A DNA stretch of 64,000 nt from an uncultured Planctomycetia bacterium (GCA_964372765.1 CAYJSE010000002.1:15125-79124), one strand, 5' to 3'; counted from the stretch's first letter, positions 35,067 through 44,756 are shown. Translations and numbers: made by a program. The notes: generated by a model not told the origin, from the letters alone.

Positions 35067-36292
35067 AACATCTAAGCGACGCCGAAAAGTGGAAGCTGCT
35101 GTCGCGCGAAGATTTAAATCAAGCCGCGAGTGTCCTCGGCGCCGAGTCCGAGGAAAAGGCCGCAGATATAGCCGAGGAACTGGGCCTGGCGTACATGGCG
35201 GAGGTGATTTCCAAGCTCGGCAGTGACTCAGCGGCCGAGCTTTTGCGCAATCTTCCGGAAGATTTCCGCGCGCAGATTCTGAGGTCCATCTCGTCGGAGC
35301 GAAGGGCGAGTCTCCAAGAAATCCTCTCTTACCCGGCAGGGTCCGCGGGCGCTTTGATGTCCAAGGAGTTTTTGGCCGTGCCGGAGGAATACACGCTGGC
35401 TGAAACTCTCCGGTACCTGCAGTCTATCTCCGCCGAGCGCCGCGGGAAAGTTTCCTATATCTATGTGGTCGACAAGAACCGACGGCTTTTGGGCGTGATT
35501 CAGATCCGTGATCTTGTATTTTATCCGCATGAAAAGTTTGTCCGTGATGTCATGCGCTCGCCGATTGTGCAGGTCGAAACGGAGATGAGCCAAATGGATG
35601 TGTCGAAACTCTTGGCTCGGCATCGCTACTTGGGGTTGCCCGTCGTCGATACGGCACAGAAACTCGTCGGCGTCGTAAGCGCCGACAGCGTGCTTCAGGC
35701 GATCGAGGAGGAAACCACCGACGATATCGCCAAAATTGTCGGAACCAGCGCCGAAGAGCTCAAAACCCGCTCGGTGTTCAAGATTTTTCGCCTGCGCCTG
35801 CCGTGGCTTTTGGTGAGCATCGCAAGCGGCCTTGTCTGCGCGTATATTTCAGGGGTTTTTCAAAATAATTTTCAAACGATCGCGGCGCTTTTTTTGTTTG
35901 TACCCGTGGTGCTGGGGCTCTCGGAGAGTACGGGCGTGCAGGGCGCCACGATGGTGATGCGTAATCTCGCAACGGGACATGTGGATTTGAAAGACATGTG
36001 GCCGTTGTTTTTCAGGGAACTATCAGTCGGTATCTTGATCGGTATGGTTTGCGGCAGTATTGTGGGACTCACCGCTTTTGTCTGGCAGGGGAGCGAACCC
36101 TTGGGAAGAGCCCTGGCAATATCCATGACCAGCGCCATTTGTATTTCAGCGCTGATCGGCTTGAGTCTGCCGCTTATCTTCCGCAAAATGAAAATGGACC
36201 CCGCGATTGCTTCGGGGCCTATTGTCTTAGCGATCTGCGACTTGCAGACGCTTTTAGTTTACTTCGGGCTATCTAGCCGGATACTTTCCTAA
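35027..36292 (+). CDS. mgtE: magnesium transporter MgtE (N-domain, tandem CBS, TM domain)
   Basis: Tandem CBS domains and an MgtE membrane domain. The real start is likely the GTG near 35064; the ORF-track start overlaps rmlC. Confidence 0.85.
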   Translation: MAAAAFQRSAEGVKHLSDAEKWKLLSREDLNQAASVLGAESEEKAADIAEELGLAYMAEVISKLGSDSAAELLRNLPEDFRAQILRSISSERRASLQEILSYPAGSAGALMSKEFLAVPEEYTLAETLRYLQSISAERRGKVSYIYVVDKNRRLLGVIQIRDLVFYPHEKFVRDVMRSPIVQVETEMSQMDVSKLLARHRYLGLPVVDTAQKLVGVVSADSVLQAIEEETTDDIAKIVGTSAEELKTRSVFKIFRLRLPWLLVSIASGLVCAYISGVFQNNFQTIAALFLFVPVVLGLSESTGVQGATMVMRNLATGHVDLKDMWPLFFRELSVGILIGMVCGSIVGLTAFVWQGSEPLGRALAISMTSAICISALIGLSLPLIFRKMKMDPAIASGPIVLAICDLQTLLVYFGLSSRILS

Positions 36293-36441
36293 ACGTTCGA
36301 TTTTTTATCGTCGACCAGCTTACCGTCTTGCATGTCTTTAGCGATAGCATAGCCGCCGACGGCCCCGCCCGCCAAAAGCAGCGGCGCGCAACCGGAGACA
36401 AAAATCGACGCGATAAGGGATAATATAAAAACGAGTCGCAT
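36289..36441 (-). CDS. unannotated 50-aa lipoprotein with glycine-zipper segment (MRLVFILSLIASIFVSGC|APLLLAGGAVGGYAIAKDMQDGKLVDDKKSNV)
   Basis: An ATG at 36441 opens a frame with a lipobox (VSGC) and a Gly-zipper (AGGAVGGYA). It falls below the ORF-track cutoff and is in a different frame from the listed 36273..36476 ORF. Confidence 0.35.
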   Translation of the reverse strand: MRLVFILSLIASIFVSGCAPLLLAGGAVGGYAIAKDMQDGKLVDDKKSNV

Positions 36442-36501
36442 GGGATCAATTTACTATTTTTATGCTTTACACACAAGCTCTATTTATACATAATTAAAAA
36501 T

Positions 36502-37572
36502 ATGGAATGGTTCGAGTCCGTTAAACAGTCGATTCCGCCGGAGCTTTACGCGCCCGTCGCGTTTTGTGTGTGGGTCGCGTTTTTGTGGGCGGTCAAAGGT
36601 ATCGTCGTCGCGCGTCTCAAGAAATGGGCCAAACAGACGACGGTACGCTGGGACGATGTCTTAATCGATGCGATCGCGTTTCCGGCCAACTTCCTCATCC
36701 TGGCCTCGGGCCTCACGATTTTTACGCGCGTGTTGTCATTGCCTCCCGAAATTGATAAATTTATCCTGATCGCGCTGAAGGGATCTATCATTTTTGCGGT
36801 TGTCTCGTTTTTGGACCGGCTTGCCGTGGGGATTATCCGGGAGTATTCTTCAAAGGCCATTTTCAGCGGCATTTCTCAAGGCGTCACGAAGGGGATTTTA
36901 CGCGCGCTGATCATTGGTGTCGGCGCCTTGATTTTTCTCGACTCCATCGGGATTTCGATCACGCCGATCCTGGCGTCGTTGGGCATCGGGTCGCTCGCGG
37001 TGGCGCTGGCGCTGCAAGACACGCTTTCCAATCTGTTCGCCGGTTTGTACGTGGCTGTGGATCGGCCCGTGCAGGTGGGTAACTTTATCCGGTTGGAAAC
37101 TGGAGAAGAAGGCCTTGTGACGGACGTCGGTTGGCGAAGCACGCGCATCCAAACTCTGCCTGGAAACATCGTGATCATTCCCAACTCCAAACTGATGAGT
37201 AGCGTCATCACAAACTATCATCTTCCGACGAAGGATTTGGCCGTTTTGGTCCAGGTGGGTGTCCACTATGACAGTGATTTAAAAAAAGTGGAAACCGTGA
37301 CCGTAGAGGTCGCGCGGGAAATTATGAAGAAGGTTCCGGGGGGTGTCCCCAGTTTTGAACCGATGGTGCGCTTTCATACGTTCGATGATTCCAGTATTAA
37401 CTTCACGGCTGTTTTGAGGGCGCGGGAGTTTCCGGACAGCCACATCGTCAAGCACGAGTTCATCAAAGCGCTGCACGAGCGTTTCCGGAGGGAAAATATT
37501 GTGATTCCATACCCGATTCGCACGCTCGAAATCGCAAAAGCTGCCGTCTTTTCTGTTAAAAATCAATCATGA
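36502..37572 (+). CDS. MscS-family mechanosensitive channel
   Basis: The pore-lining helix GIGSLAVALALQDTLSNLFAG and a beta-domain. Confidence 0.85.
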   Translation: MEWFESVKQSIPPELYAPVAFCVWVAFLWAVKGIVVARLKKWAKQTTVRWDDVLIDAIAFPANFLILASGLTIFTRVLSLPPEIDKFILIALKGSIIFAVVSFLDRLAVGIIREYSSKAIFSGISQGVTKGILRALIIGVGALIFLDSIGISITPILASLGIGSLAVALALQDTLSNLFAGLYVAVDRPVQVGNFIRLETGEEGLVTDVGWRSTRIQTLPGNIVIIPNSKLMSSVITNYHLPTKDLAVLVQVGVHYDSDLKKVETVTVEVAREIMKKVPGGVPSFEPMVRFHTFDDSSINFTAVLRAREFPDSHIVKHEFIKALHERFRRENIVIPYPIRTLEIAKAAVFSVKNQS

Positions 37573-38204
37573 GTTTTGTTCACTCAATCGAAGCCTGGGT
37601 CGAGCAACTCGCGACCCAGGTGCCGATCGAGCTTTTTTCTTTTGTCGGGGCGTTTTTAGAGGAAGTGATTGCCCCGATCCCGTCACCACTCATTCTAGTC
37701 ACCGCAGGGTCGCTGGCCTTTACCCAAGGGAAAAGCTACGCGTTTTTATGGTGGATCTGTGTCGTGGCCGCGGTAGGAAAGACGCTGGGCTCCTGGCTCA
37801 TCTATTTTATCGCGCAAAAACTGGAAGATCTCTTTGTGAATAAATTCGGGCGCTTTTTTGGCGTCGCGAAGCAAGACATCGAAAAATTGAAAGCACGGTT
37901 TAAGGGCGGATGGAAAGACTTCGCGATCCTGACTTTCTTGCGCGCGACGCCTGTGGTGCCGACTTCGCCGGTGTCGGTGGGTTGTGGGATTTTGAGAATC
38001 AATCTTAAGAGCTATCTTTCGGCAACATTTCTTGGAACGGTGATCCGCAATATTTTCTACGCGTATCTCGGCTATGCGGGGCTCAAGGCCTATGAATCGG
38101 TGCTCGCCGGCTTTGACAAAGTCGAAACGATTTTGCAAATCTTCGCGGTGCTCGCCGTCGCCGGGCTCATCTTTTACTTCTACCGCCAACGCAAAAAACC
38201 CTGA
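37569..38204 (+). CDS. DedA/TVP38-family membrane protein
   Basis: A polytopic ~210-aa protein with DedA-like re-entrant loop region. Confidence 0.6.
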   Translation: MSFVHSIEAWVEQLATQVPIELFSFVGAFLEEVIAPIPSPLILVTAGSLAFTQGKSYAFLWWICVVAAVGKTLGSWLIYFIAQKLEDLFVNKFGRFFGVAKQDIEKLKARFKGGWKDFAILTFLRATPVVPTSPVSVGCGILRINLKSYLSATFLGTVIRNIFYAYLGYAGLKAYESVLAGFDKVETILQIFAVLAVAGLIFYFYRQRKKP

Positions 38205-38277
38205 TTTACGACAAAATGTTAATAGAACGTTAGTCGACCGTAGTAAGTTTTCCTAACTTGTTTATCACAAAAAAGTT

Positions 38278-38309
38278 ACAGAGGGACAGTCCCGGGACTG
38301 TCCCTCTGT
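38278..38309. other. perfect 16+16 bp palindrome ACAGAGGGACAGTCCC|GGGACTGTCCCTCTGT (strong hairpin/cruciform; has a T-run only on the minus strand)
   Basis: Read directly from sequence. AAAAAAGTT lies immediately upstream. This reads as a factor-independent terminator on the minus strand, or a weak/bidirectional one for dedA. Confidence 0.6.
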
Positions 38310-38423
38310 GGGGATTGGGGCTATTTTGACCGCGGCTCTGTTTATTTTTAAAGATTGAGATCATTTTAACGCCCAGAGTTTTATAAACAGGAAATGTTGA
38401 CAACTCCCTGAGATTGCGTTAAC

Positions 38424-38450
38424 CTAATAGTTAGATAATCAAACTATTAG
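38424..38450 (+). promoter_or_regulatory. MarR-type operator candidate CTAATAGTT-N9-AACTATTAG overlapping the marR promoter
   Basis: A perfect 9-bp inverted repeat ending 6 nt before the marR ATG. Confidence 0.55.
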
Positions 38451-38456
38451 ACACCG

Positions 38457-38912
38457 ATGCCTCCTCTTAAAGAATTTAGCCGCCAAGTGGTAGAAGTGCT
38501 GCCGCTTATGTTTCGCGAGTTCGCGAAGCGTGAGGCCAACGAGTTGACGCGTGGCCGCATCAGTTTCCCGCAAATGGTGGCGCTCGACTACGCGTCCACG
38601 CATACCCGCGTCACGATGACCGAGCTTGCGAAGGTCCTTTCCGTCAAAATGAGTTCCGCCACAGTGTTGGTCGACCGCCTGATCCGGGCGGGGCTTTTGG
38701 CCCGCAGTCGCGATCGAGAAGACCGCAGAGTCGTGTGGGTGAATGGCACGTCCAAAGGCAAAAAGGTCATTTCCAAAATCATGCATGAAAAACGGCGCAG
38801 CATCGAAAATATTTTCCGTCCTTTGTCAGTCCATGAACGTGAGCAGTATCTGGTGATTTTGAGAAAGGTGAAGGAAAGTTTGTCGGGGAGCCGGGAGCCG
38901 GGAGTTAGGTGA
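38457..38912 (+). CDS. MarR-family transcriptional regulator
   Basis: A wHTH core (FPQMVALDYA...TMTELAKVLSVKMSSATVLVDRLIRAGLLARSRDREDRRVV). Confidence 0.85.
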   Translation: MPPLKEFSRQVVEVLPLMFREFAKREANELTRGRISFPQMVALDYASTHTRVTMTELAKVLSVKMSSATVLVDRLIRAGLLARSRDREDRRVVWVNGTSKGKKVISKIMHEKRRSIENIFRPLSVHEREQYLVILRKVKESLSGSREPGVR

Positions 38913-40222
38913 TGAAAAGGGGTGTGTTCTGTTTTTTGGTCTTTGTTTTCTATTTTCTCAATGCCGCCCATTCGGAAGAACCGCTTACTCTGTCAAAAGC
39001 TTATGCGCTGGCACTCAAGCGCAGCGAGGACCTTGCGATGAAATCGTGGGAGATCGAGGCCGCTCAAGGGCATTTTTATCAGGCGCTCAGCGTGGTGTTG
39101 CCGAGTGTAAACTACGTGATCACGCGCTCCAAGCAGGATGTGTCTAAAGAGCCGAGTCAATCGTCTTCCGGTTCGGATGGGGCGAGCTCCAGCTCTCTGC
39201 GGCGCACGACGCCCCAGGCGAAATTTGTTTTCAGCCAGCCGATTTTTTCTGGGTTTAAAGAGATAGCGGCGATTCAAGCGGCAGGGGTTGAAAAGTCTCT
39301 AAAGACGCATGAACTTCAAAGGGCCCGCGAACTTTTATGGATGGACGTGACCGATTCTTTTTACACGCTGATGCAGGCCTACGAAGATTTGGGGGTGCTG
39401 GAGCTGGGCCGGCAGGCTCTCGAGGATCGGATGAAAGAACTTGAGTCCCGTGTCAAAATCGGCCGCTCACGTGAGAGCGAACTCGAGCGCTCGAAGGCCA
39501 ACCTCAAGTCCGCCCAAGCGTCGCTTGTGAAAGCGCGCCGCTTAGAAACGGTCGCGCGTGAGCTTTTGGAGTTTTACACAGGGATGGAAGTGACAGGCGA
39601 GCTTCAGGATGACTTTTGGGATAGGGGTCAGTCCTTTCATTCTGACATAACCGACGATGACCAGAATGTCAGAATTAAAGGACTGACCTCTAGGCGGTCG
39701 GACGTGAAAGCCGCCGAAGATGCTTACACGCTGGCCGAGAAAGAAGTCGTGGTGGCGCAATCTGATCTTTTTCCGACCGTGACCCTGGATGGCAATTACT
39801 ACACGAAGCGCGTTGGTTTTCAAAAGGACATCGATTGGGACGTGCTGCTCACCGTAGACATTCCGATTTTTGAGGGCGCGACGACGTACGGCAATATCAA
39901 GGAAGCGCAGGCGTCCCGGGAAATCGCACGCGAGACTGTTTCCAAAACTAAACGTATTGCCGAGCTCGAAGCCAAAAGCGCCGAGGCCGAATGGCGCTCG
40001 TCCATCGAGGAAGAAACCGCGCTTCGCGAAGCGGTCGAGGCCTTGAAGAAAAGCTATGAATCGCAGGTGCTGGAGTATCGCAGCAACTTGGTGAGTAATC
40101 TCGAGGTTCTCGATGCCCAAAAGGAATATCAGGACAAAAGTCTCGAGTGGAACGCCGCGCATTTTGGGATGCGAAAAAATTTCTGGAAATTCCGCGTGGC
40201 AATCGGGAATCTTGAATCATGA
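38909..40222 (+). CDS. TolC-family outer-membrane efflux protein
   Basis: Signal peptide and duplicated OEP repeats, with a coiled-coil rich region. Confidence 0.8.
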   Translation: MMKRGVFCFLVFVFYFLNAAHSEEPLTLSKAYALALKRSEDLAMKSWEIEAAQGHFYQALSVVLPSVNYVITRSKQDVSKEPSQSSSGSDGASSSSLRRTTPQAKFVFSQPIFSGFKEIAAIQAAGVEKSLKTHELQRARELLWMDVTDSFYTLMQAYEDLGVLELGRQALEDRMKELESRVKIGRSRESELERSKANLKSAQASLVKARRLETVARELLEFYTGMEVTGELQDDFWDRGQSFHSDITDDDQNVRIKGLTSRRSDVKAAEDAYTLAEKEVVVAQSDLFPTVTLDGNYYTKRVGFQKDIDWDVLLTVDIPIFEGATTYGNIKEAQASREIARETVSKTKRIAELEAKSAEAEWRSSIEEETALREAVEALKKSYESQVLEYRSNLVSNLEVLDAQKEYQDKSLEWNAAHFGMRKNFWKFRVAIGNLES

Positions 40223-43200
40223 CGCTATCCGACATCTCGATTAAAAATCCTGTTTTTGCCTGGATGCTGATGATCGGCCTCATCTTTTTCGGCTGGATCG
40301 CGTTTACGGATCTGGGGGTGAGTGAAATGCCCGAGGTGGATTTCCCCGTGATTTCCGTAAGAGTAGACTGGGAGGGCGCGGCGCCAGAGGTGATGGAGAG
40401 CGACGTTGTGGATGTTCTGGAAGACGCGGTGATGAGCATCCAAAGCGTTCGCGAAGTGTCCTCAACGACGCGGCAGGGCACGGCGGACGTGACCATCGAA
40501 TTTGAGCTCGAGCGCGATATTGACGCGGCTCTGCAGGATGTGCAGTCCAAAGTGTCCCAGGCCCAACGGCGGCTGCCGGAAGATATCGACCCCCCGACCA
40601 TTTCCAAAGTAAACCCTATCGACAACCCGATTCTCTGGCTGGGACTTGCCAGTAAACGCTCCGTGCGTGACACCATGGCTTATGTGGAAGATCACCTGAA
40701 AGACCATTTTCAGACTATCTCTGGCGTGGGCGACATCACGTTAAGCGGTTTTGTCGAAAGGAATTTACGCATCTGGGTGTCTTTTGAGAAACTCGATCAG
40801 TACCAACTGACGGTCGGGGACATTATGGATGCGGTGCGCGCCAATCACGTGGAGCTTCCTTCCGGACGTATCGAGCAGCCCGATAAGGAAATGAACGTTC
40901 GCACGATGGGGGAAGCGTTGAGTGTCGAAGAATTTGAAAACATCGTGATCTCTAGACGTGGGGGTTGGCCGATTTACAAACCTATTTACATGAAAGATGT
41001 GGTCAAGATCGAGGACGGATTGGCCGATCGACGCCGCGTCTCGCGCGTGCAGGGCGAAGAGTCGATCGGGCTCGGGATCCGCAAACAGCGCGGCGCCAAC
41101 GCCGTGGCCGTGGCGCACGCGGTGAAGGCGCGATTGAAGGAAATCCAAAAAGAGCTTCCGAAAGACATGGATCTCGACATTAATTTTGACAGCACGCGTT
41201 TTGTCGAGGACGCCGTCCGGGAACTTATTTTTACGCTTATTTTATCGGCGCTTTTAACGGCGGCGGTGTGTTGGATATTTTTGGGGTCGTGGAGCTCGAC
41301 GCTAAATGTTCTCTTGGCTATTCCAACCTCGATCGTCGGGACGTTTTTGGTTTTCAAGTTTTTCGGGTTTACGCTCAACACCTTCACGGTGCTGGGGCTG
41401 TCGCTTGCGATCGGCATCGTCGTGGATGACGCGATCATGGTGCTGGAAAATATCGTGCGCTATCGCGAGAAAGGTGCCCCGCGGGTCGAAGCGGCGCGTG
41501 AGGGGGCTCGTCAGATTACATTTGCGGCGATCGCGGCTACGCTAGCGCTCGTGGCGATCTTTTTGCCGGTGGCGTTCATGAAAGGCGTGATCGGGCGGTT
41601 TTTTTATCAGTTTGGCGTGACGATTTCGGGCGCCGTGGCGCTGTCGCTTTTGGAAGCGCTGACACTGACGCCGATGCGCGCGTCACAGTTTTTGGAGGTC
41701 AAAGAACGCGCCACATGGTTCGGGAAAGCGGTGGAACGCGGCTTCCGCATTCTGGCGGGCGCCTATCGCCGGGCACTGGAGCGGGCGCTCAAAACGCGAT
41801 GGATCGTGCTCATCGTGGCGGTCGCGATCTTTGTGGCGTCTTTAAGTTTATTCAAGGTGCTGCGCAAAGAATTTGTGCCGGCCCAGGACCAAAGCATGTT
41901 TTTATGCCGTCTGCAGACGCCGGTGGGATCATCGCTGGATTTCACGAGCGAGCGTTTCCGGCAGGTGGAAAAATTTGTCATGGACTGCCCCGAAGTCAAG
42001 CGCTACTTCGGCGCGATCGGAGGATTTGGCGGGGGTGAGGTCAATACGGGGATGCTGTTTATTTCTCTGAAGGACAAAGAAGACCGCGGTTTACGATCCG
42101 GGCAAAAGCGCCCTTTGAGTCAGCAAGAATTGATCGGAGTTTTTAGAAAGGAATTGAGCAAAGTTTCGGACATGAAGGTGTTTGTGCAGGATCTGTCGAC
42201 GCGCGGATTCACGGCCCAGCGCGGGTTTCCGGTAGAGTTTACGGTGCGTGGACCGGACTGGGACAAGTTGGTAGACCTGTCCCAAGATGTGATGGAAAAG
42301 ATGAAAGAAACGGGACTCATGCTCGATGTGGACACGGATTATCAAGAAGAGGTGACGGAAGTCCAGATACGTCCCAATCGGGCCAAAGCCACCGAATACG
42401 GCGTGGAAATGCAGGAGATCGCCGAGGCCGTCAACGCGCTCGTGGGTGGTCAGCGGGTCGGAAAATACACCAAAGACGGGCGCCGTTATGACATCCGGGT
42501 GCGGCTGGAGGCGTCCCAGCGGACGGATCCGAACGTGATCGAAAATATTTGGATCTGGAATAACCGGGGGGAGCGTGTGCGGCTGTCGGATGTGGCCGAT
42601 ATCCAGATGAAAGATTCGCTGTTAAGCATCACGCGCCGCGGCCGCGAACGCGCGATCGGCGTTTTTGCCAACGTGGCGCCCGGCAAATCTCAGTCCGACG
42701 CGTTGGACGCGGCTCAAAAAATCGCCGATGATATTTTACCCGAGGGCTACCGCGTGGTCTTTAGCGGCAGCGCGAAAGTATTTCGGGAGTCTTTTGGGAG
42801 TCTATTTTTCGCGCTGTGGCTCGGCGTGATCGTGGCGTACATGATTTTGGCGTCGCAATTCAATAGCTACATCCATCCTTTAACGGTGCTGTTGGCGCTG
42901 CCTTTTAGTGTCTCAGGGGCGCTGTTCGCGCTTTTCTTGGCCAATCAGTCGCTCAATATTTACAGCATGATCGGCCTGATTCTGCTGGCAGGCATCGTGA
43001 AAAAAAACTCGATTCTTCTCGTGGAGTTTACCAATCACATCCATGAGCAGGGCAAAAGCGTTCACGAGGCGCTCTTGGAGGCCTGCCCAATTCGTTTACG
43101 GCCCATCTTAATGACATCGATTTCTACGATTGTGGCGGCGCTGCCCCCGGCTTTGGCTTTGGGCCCCGGCGCCGAATCGCGTATCCCGATGGCCGTCGCC

Positions 43201-43302
43201 GTCATTGGGGGTGTCATCGTCTCGACGTTTCTAACGCTCTTTGTGGTTCCGTGCGCGTATGCTATATTAGCGAAGTTTGAAAGAGCGAGGGTTCGCGTAT
43301 GA
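40219..43302 (+). CDS. RND multidrug efflux permease (AcrB/HAE1 family)
   Basis: 1027 aa with 12 TM helices and large periplasmic loops, including the conserved ALSIGIVVDDAIMVLENI region. Confidence 0.9.
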   Translation: MTLSDISIKNPVFAWMLMIGLIFFGWIAFTDLGVSEMPEVDFPVISVRVDWEGAAPEVMESDVVDVLEDAVMSIQSVREVSSTTRQGTADVTIEFELERDIDAALQDVQSKVSQAQRRLPEDIDPPTISKVNPIDNPILWLGLASKRSVRDTMAYVEDHLKDHFQTISGVGDITLSGFVERNLRIWVSFEKLDQYQLTVGDIMDAVRANHVELPSGRIEQPDKEMNVRTMGEALSVEEFENIVISRRGGWPIYKPIYMKDVVKIEDGLADRRRVSRVQGEESIGLGIRKQRGANAVAVAHAVKARLKEIQKELPKDMDLDINFDSTRFVEDAVRELIFTLILSALLTAAVCWIFLGSWSSTLNVLLAIPTSIVGTFLVFKFFGFTLNTFTVLGLSLAIGIVVDDAIMVLENIVRYREKGAPRVEAAREGARQITFAAIAATLALVAIFLPVAFMKGVIGRFFYQFGVTISGAVALSLLEALTLTPMRASQFLEVKERATWFGKAVERGFRILAGAYRRALERALKTRWIVLIVAVAIFVASLSLFKVLRKEFVPAQDQSMFLCRLQTPVGSSLDFTSERFRQVEKFVMDCPEVKRYFGAIGGFGGGEVNTGMLFISLKDKEDRGLRSGQKRPLSQQELIGVFRKELSKVSDMKVFVQDLSTRGFTAQRGFPVEFTVRGPDWDKLVDLSQDVMEKMKETGLMLDVDTDYQEEVTEVQIRPNRAKATEYGVEMQEIAEAVNALVGGQRVGKYTKDGRRYDIRVRLEASQRTDPNVIENIWIWNNRGERVRLSDVADIQMKDSLLSITRRGRERAIGVFANVAPGKSQSDALDAAQKIADDILPEGYRVVFSGSAKVFRESFGSLFFALWLGVIVAYMILASQFNSYIHPLTVLLALPFSVSGALFALFLANQSLNIYSMIGLILLAGIVKKNSILLVEFTNHIHEQGKSVHEALLEACPIRLRPILMTSISTIVAALPPALALGPGAESRIPMAVAVIGGVIVSTFLTLFVVPCAYAILAKFERARVRV

Positions 43303-43889
43303 TGTGCTGTCTCGACATGGAAGGCGTGCTGGTTCCGGAAATCTGGATCGAGGTATCGCGCAAGACAAAAATAAAAGCGCTGGAGATTACCACGCGGGAT
43401 GAGCCGGATTACGATAAGCTCATGCGCTACCGCCTGGCTATTTTAAAGAATAAAAATATCAAGTTGCGGGATATCCAGCGCGTGATCGGCGTTATGTCGC
43501 CGCTACCGGGCGCGAAAAGTTTCTTGAATAAACTGCGGGCTGTCCGGCAGGTGATGGTGCTCTCCGATACCTACTACGAATTTGCGATGCCGCTCATGAA
43601 AAAATTGGGCTATCCGACGCTCTGGTGCAACTGGCTTTCGACGGATAAAAGCGGTTTTATCTCTGGCTATCATCTGCGCCAGCCGAGCGGCAAAGAAAAA
43701 GCCGTCGAGTCCTTAAAAAGAATTGGTTTTAACGTTTGCGCAGCCGGGGATTCGTACAACGATATCGCCATGCTCAAAGCCGCGGATCAAGGCGTCTTAT
43801 TTAACCCACCGGCGAACATCATCCGAGAATTTCCGCAATTTAAAATCGCTAAAAACTACGGCGATTTATTCAAAAAATTGACCCCGTGA
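43299..43889 (+). CDS. thrH: ThrH-type HAD phosphatase (phosphoserine phosphatase/homoserine phosphotransferase)
   Basis: Near-collinear similarity to Pseudomonas ThrH as recalled (CLDMEGVLVPEIWI, TTRDEPDYD, VLSDTYYEF, AAGDSYND, IREFPQF). Confidence 0.75.
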   Translation: MMCCLDMEGVLVPEIWIEVSRKTKIKALEITTRDEPDYDKLMRYRLAILKNKNIKLRDIQRVIGVMSPLPGAKSFLNKLRAVRQVMVLSDTYYEFAMPLMKKLGYPTLWCNWLSTDKSGFISGYHLRQPSGKEKAVESLKRIGFNVCAAGDSYNDIAMLKAADQGVLFNPPANIIREFPQFKIAKNYGDLFKKLTP

Positions 43890-44653
43890 CAACCCTTCTC
43901 TCCTGGAACGTCAACGGTGTTCGCGCCGTTCAGAAAAAAGGTTTTCTCGATTGGCTCCAAAAAGAATCTCCGGATGTTTTGGGTCTTCAGGAGACCAAAG
44001 CCAATCCGGATCAGCTGGATTTCGCGCTTTTAAATCCACCCGGCTATCACACCTATTGGAACTGGGCAAAAAAACTAGGGTACAGCGGCGTGGCGATTTT
44101 TTCCAAAAAGGAGCCGCTGGAAATCAAAAAAGGTTTCGGGATTCCGCGCTTTGATGAGGAGGGTAGAGTCATCGAGGCGCGCTTCAAGGACTTTACGTTT
44201 ATCAATATTTATTTTCCCAACGGTAAAATGGGCCCCGACCGCCTGAAGTACAAAATGGATTTTTACGACGCGGCTCTCGCGTATTTTGAAAAATTAAAGA
44301 AAAAAGGCCAAGCGCTTGTGATCTGCGGCGACTACAACACGGCCCACAAGGAAATCGACCTCGCCCGGCCCAAAGAAAATGAAACTATTTCCGGGTTTTT
44401 GCCCAAAGAGCGCGCCTGGATGGACAAGCTCGTGGCACACGGTTATATGGATACACTACGGCATTTCAGCGGTGAGCCCGGTCAGTACAGCTGGTGGGAC
44501 CTTCGGACAGGCGCGCGCCAAAGAAATATCGGTTGGAGAATCGATTATCATTTTATTACCGAAAGCCTGAAGCCTATGCTCAAGAAAGCCTTCATCTTGC
44601 CCGAAGTGATGGGATCGGATCATTGCCCGGTGGGCGTCGCTCTGAATTTTTAA
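43886..44653 (+). CDS. xth: exodeoxyribonuclease III
   Basis: LLSWNVNGVRA, the ICGDYN and SDHCPV motifs of the EEP/ExoIII family. Confidence 0.9.
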   Translation: MTTLLSWNVNGVRAVQKKGFLDWLQKESPDVLGLQETKANPDQLDFALLNPPGYHTYWNWAKKLGYSGVAIFSKKEPLEIKKGFGIPRFDEEGRVIEARFKDFTFINIYFPNGKMGPDRLKYKMDFYDAALAYFEKLKKKGQALVICGDYNTAHKEIDLARPKENETISGFLPKERAWMDKLVAHGYMDTLRHFSGEPGQYSWWDLRTGARQRNIGWRIDYHFITESLKPMLKKAFILPEVMGSDHCPVGVALNF

Positions 44654-44725
44654 GCTTTAGATATTTTTGCTAATTTTTGCATGAGCCCGTAACATTTTTT
44701 TAACATATTTTTTTATGTATTTTCG

Positions 44726-44756
44726 TTGACAGTCCGGCGGTGTCTGGGGTATGTTA
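44726..44756 (+). promoter_or_regulatory. glnA sigma70 promoter TTGACA-17/18-TATGTT in an AT-rich upstream region
   Basis: A consensus -35 and a good -10. The SD GGAGG lies 8 nt before the ATG. Confidence 0.5.

Noticed and set aside
36293-36330. Possible terminator after mgtE (CGATTTTTTATCG)
   Set aside because: The stem is only 4 bp. It is not a credible intrinsic terminator.
36273-36476. 67-aa minus-strand ORF
   Set aside because: It has a different frame from the 50-aa lipoprotein frame that has a lipobox. It has no recognisable features and was replaced by the 36289..36441 call.
39948-40676. 242-aa minus-strand ORF and other long antisense ORFs (e.g. 45189..45746, 59232..59756, 61314..61955, 62538..63020)
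   Set aside because: All are antisense to conserved, well-supported + strand genes in GC-rich sequence. This is typical of spurious long ORFs in high-GC genomes.
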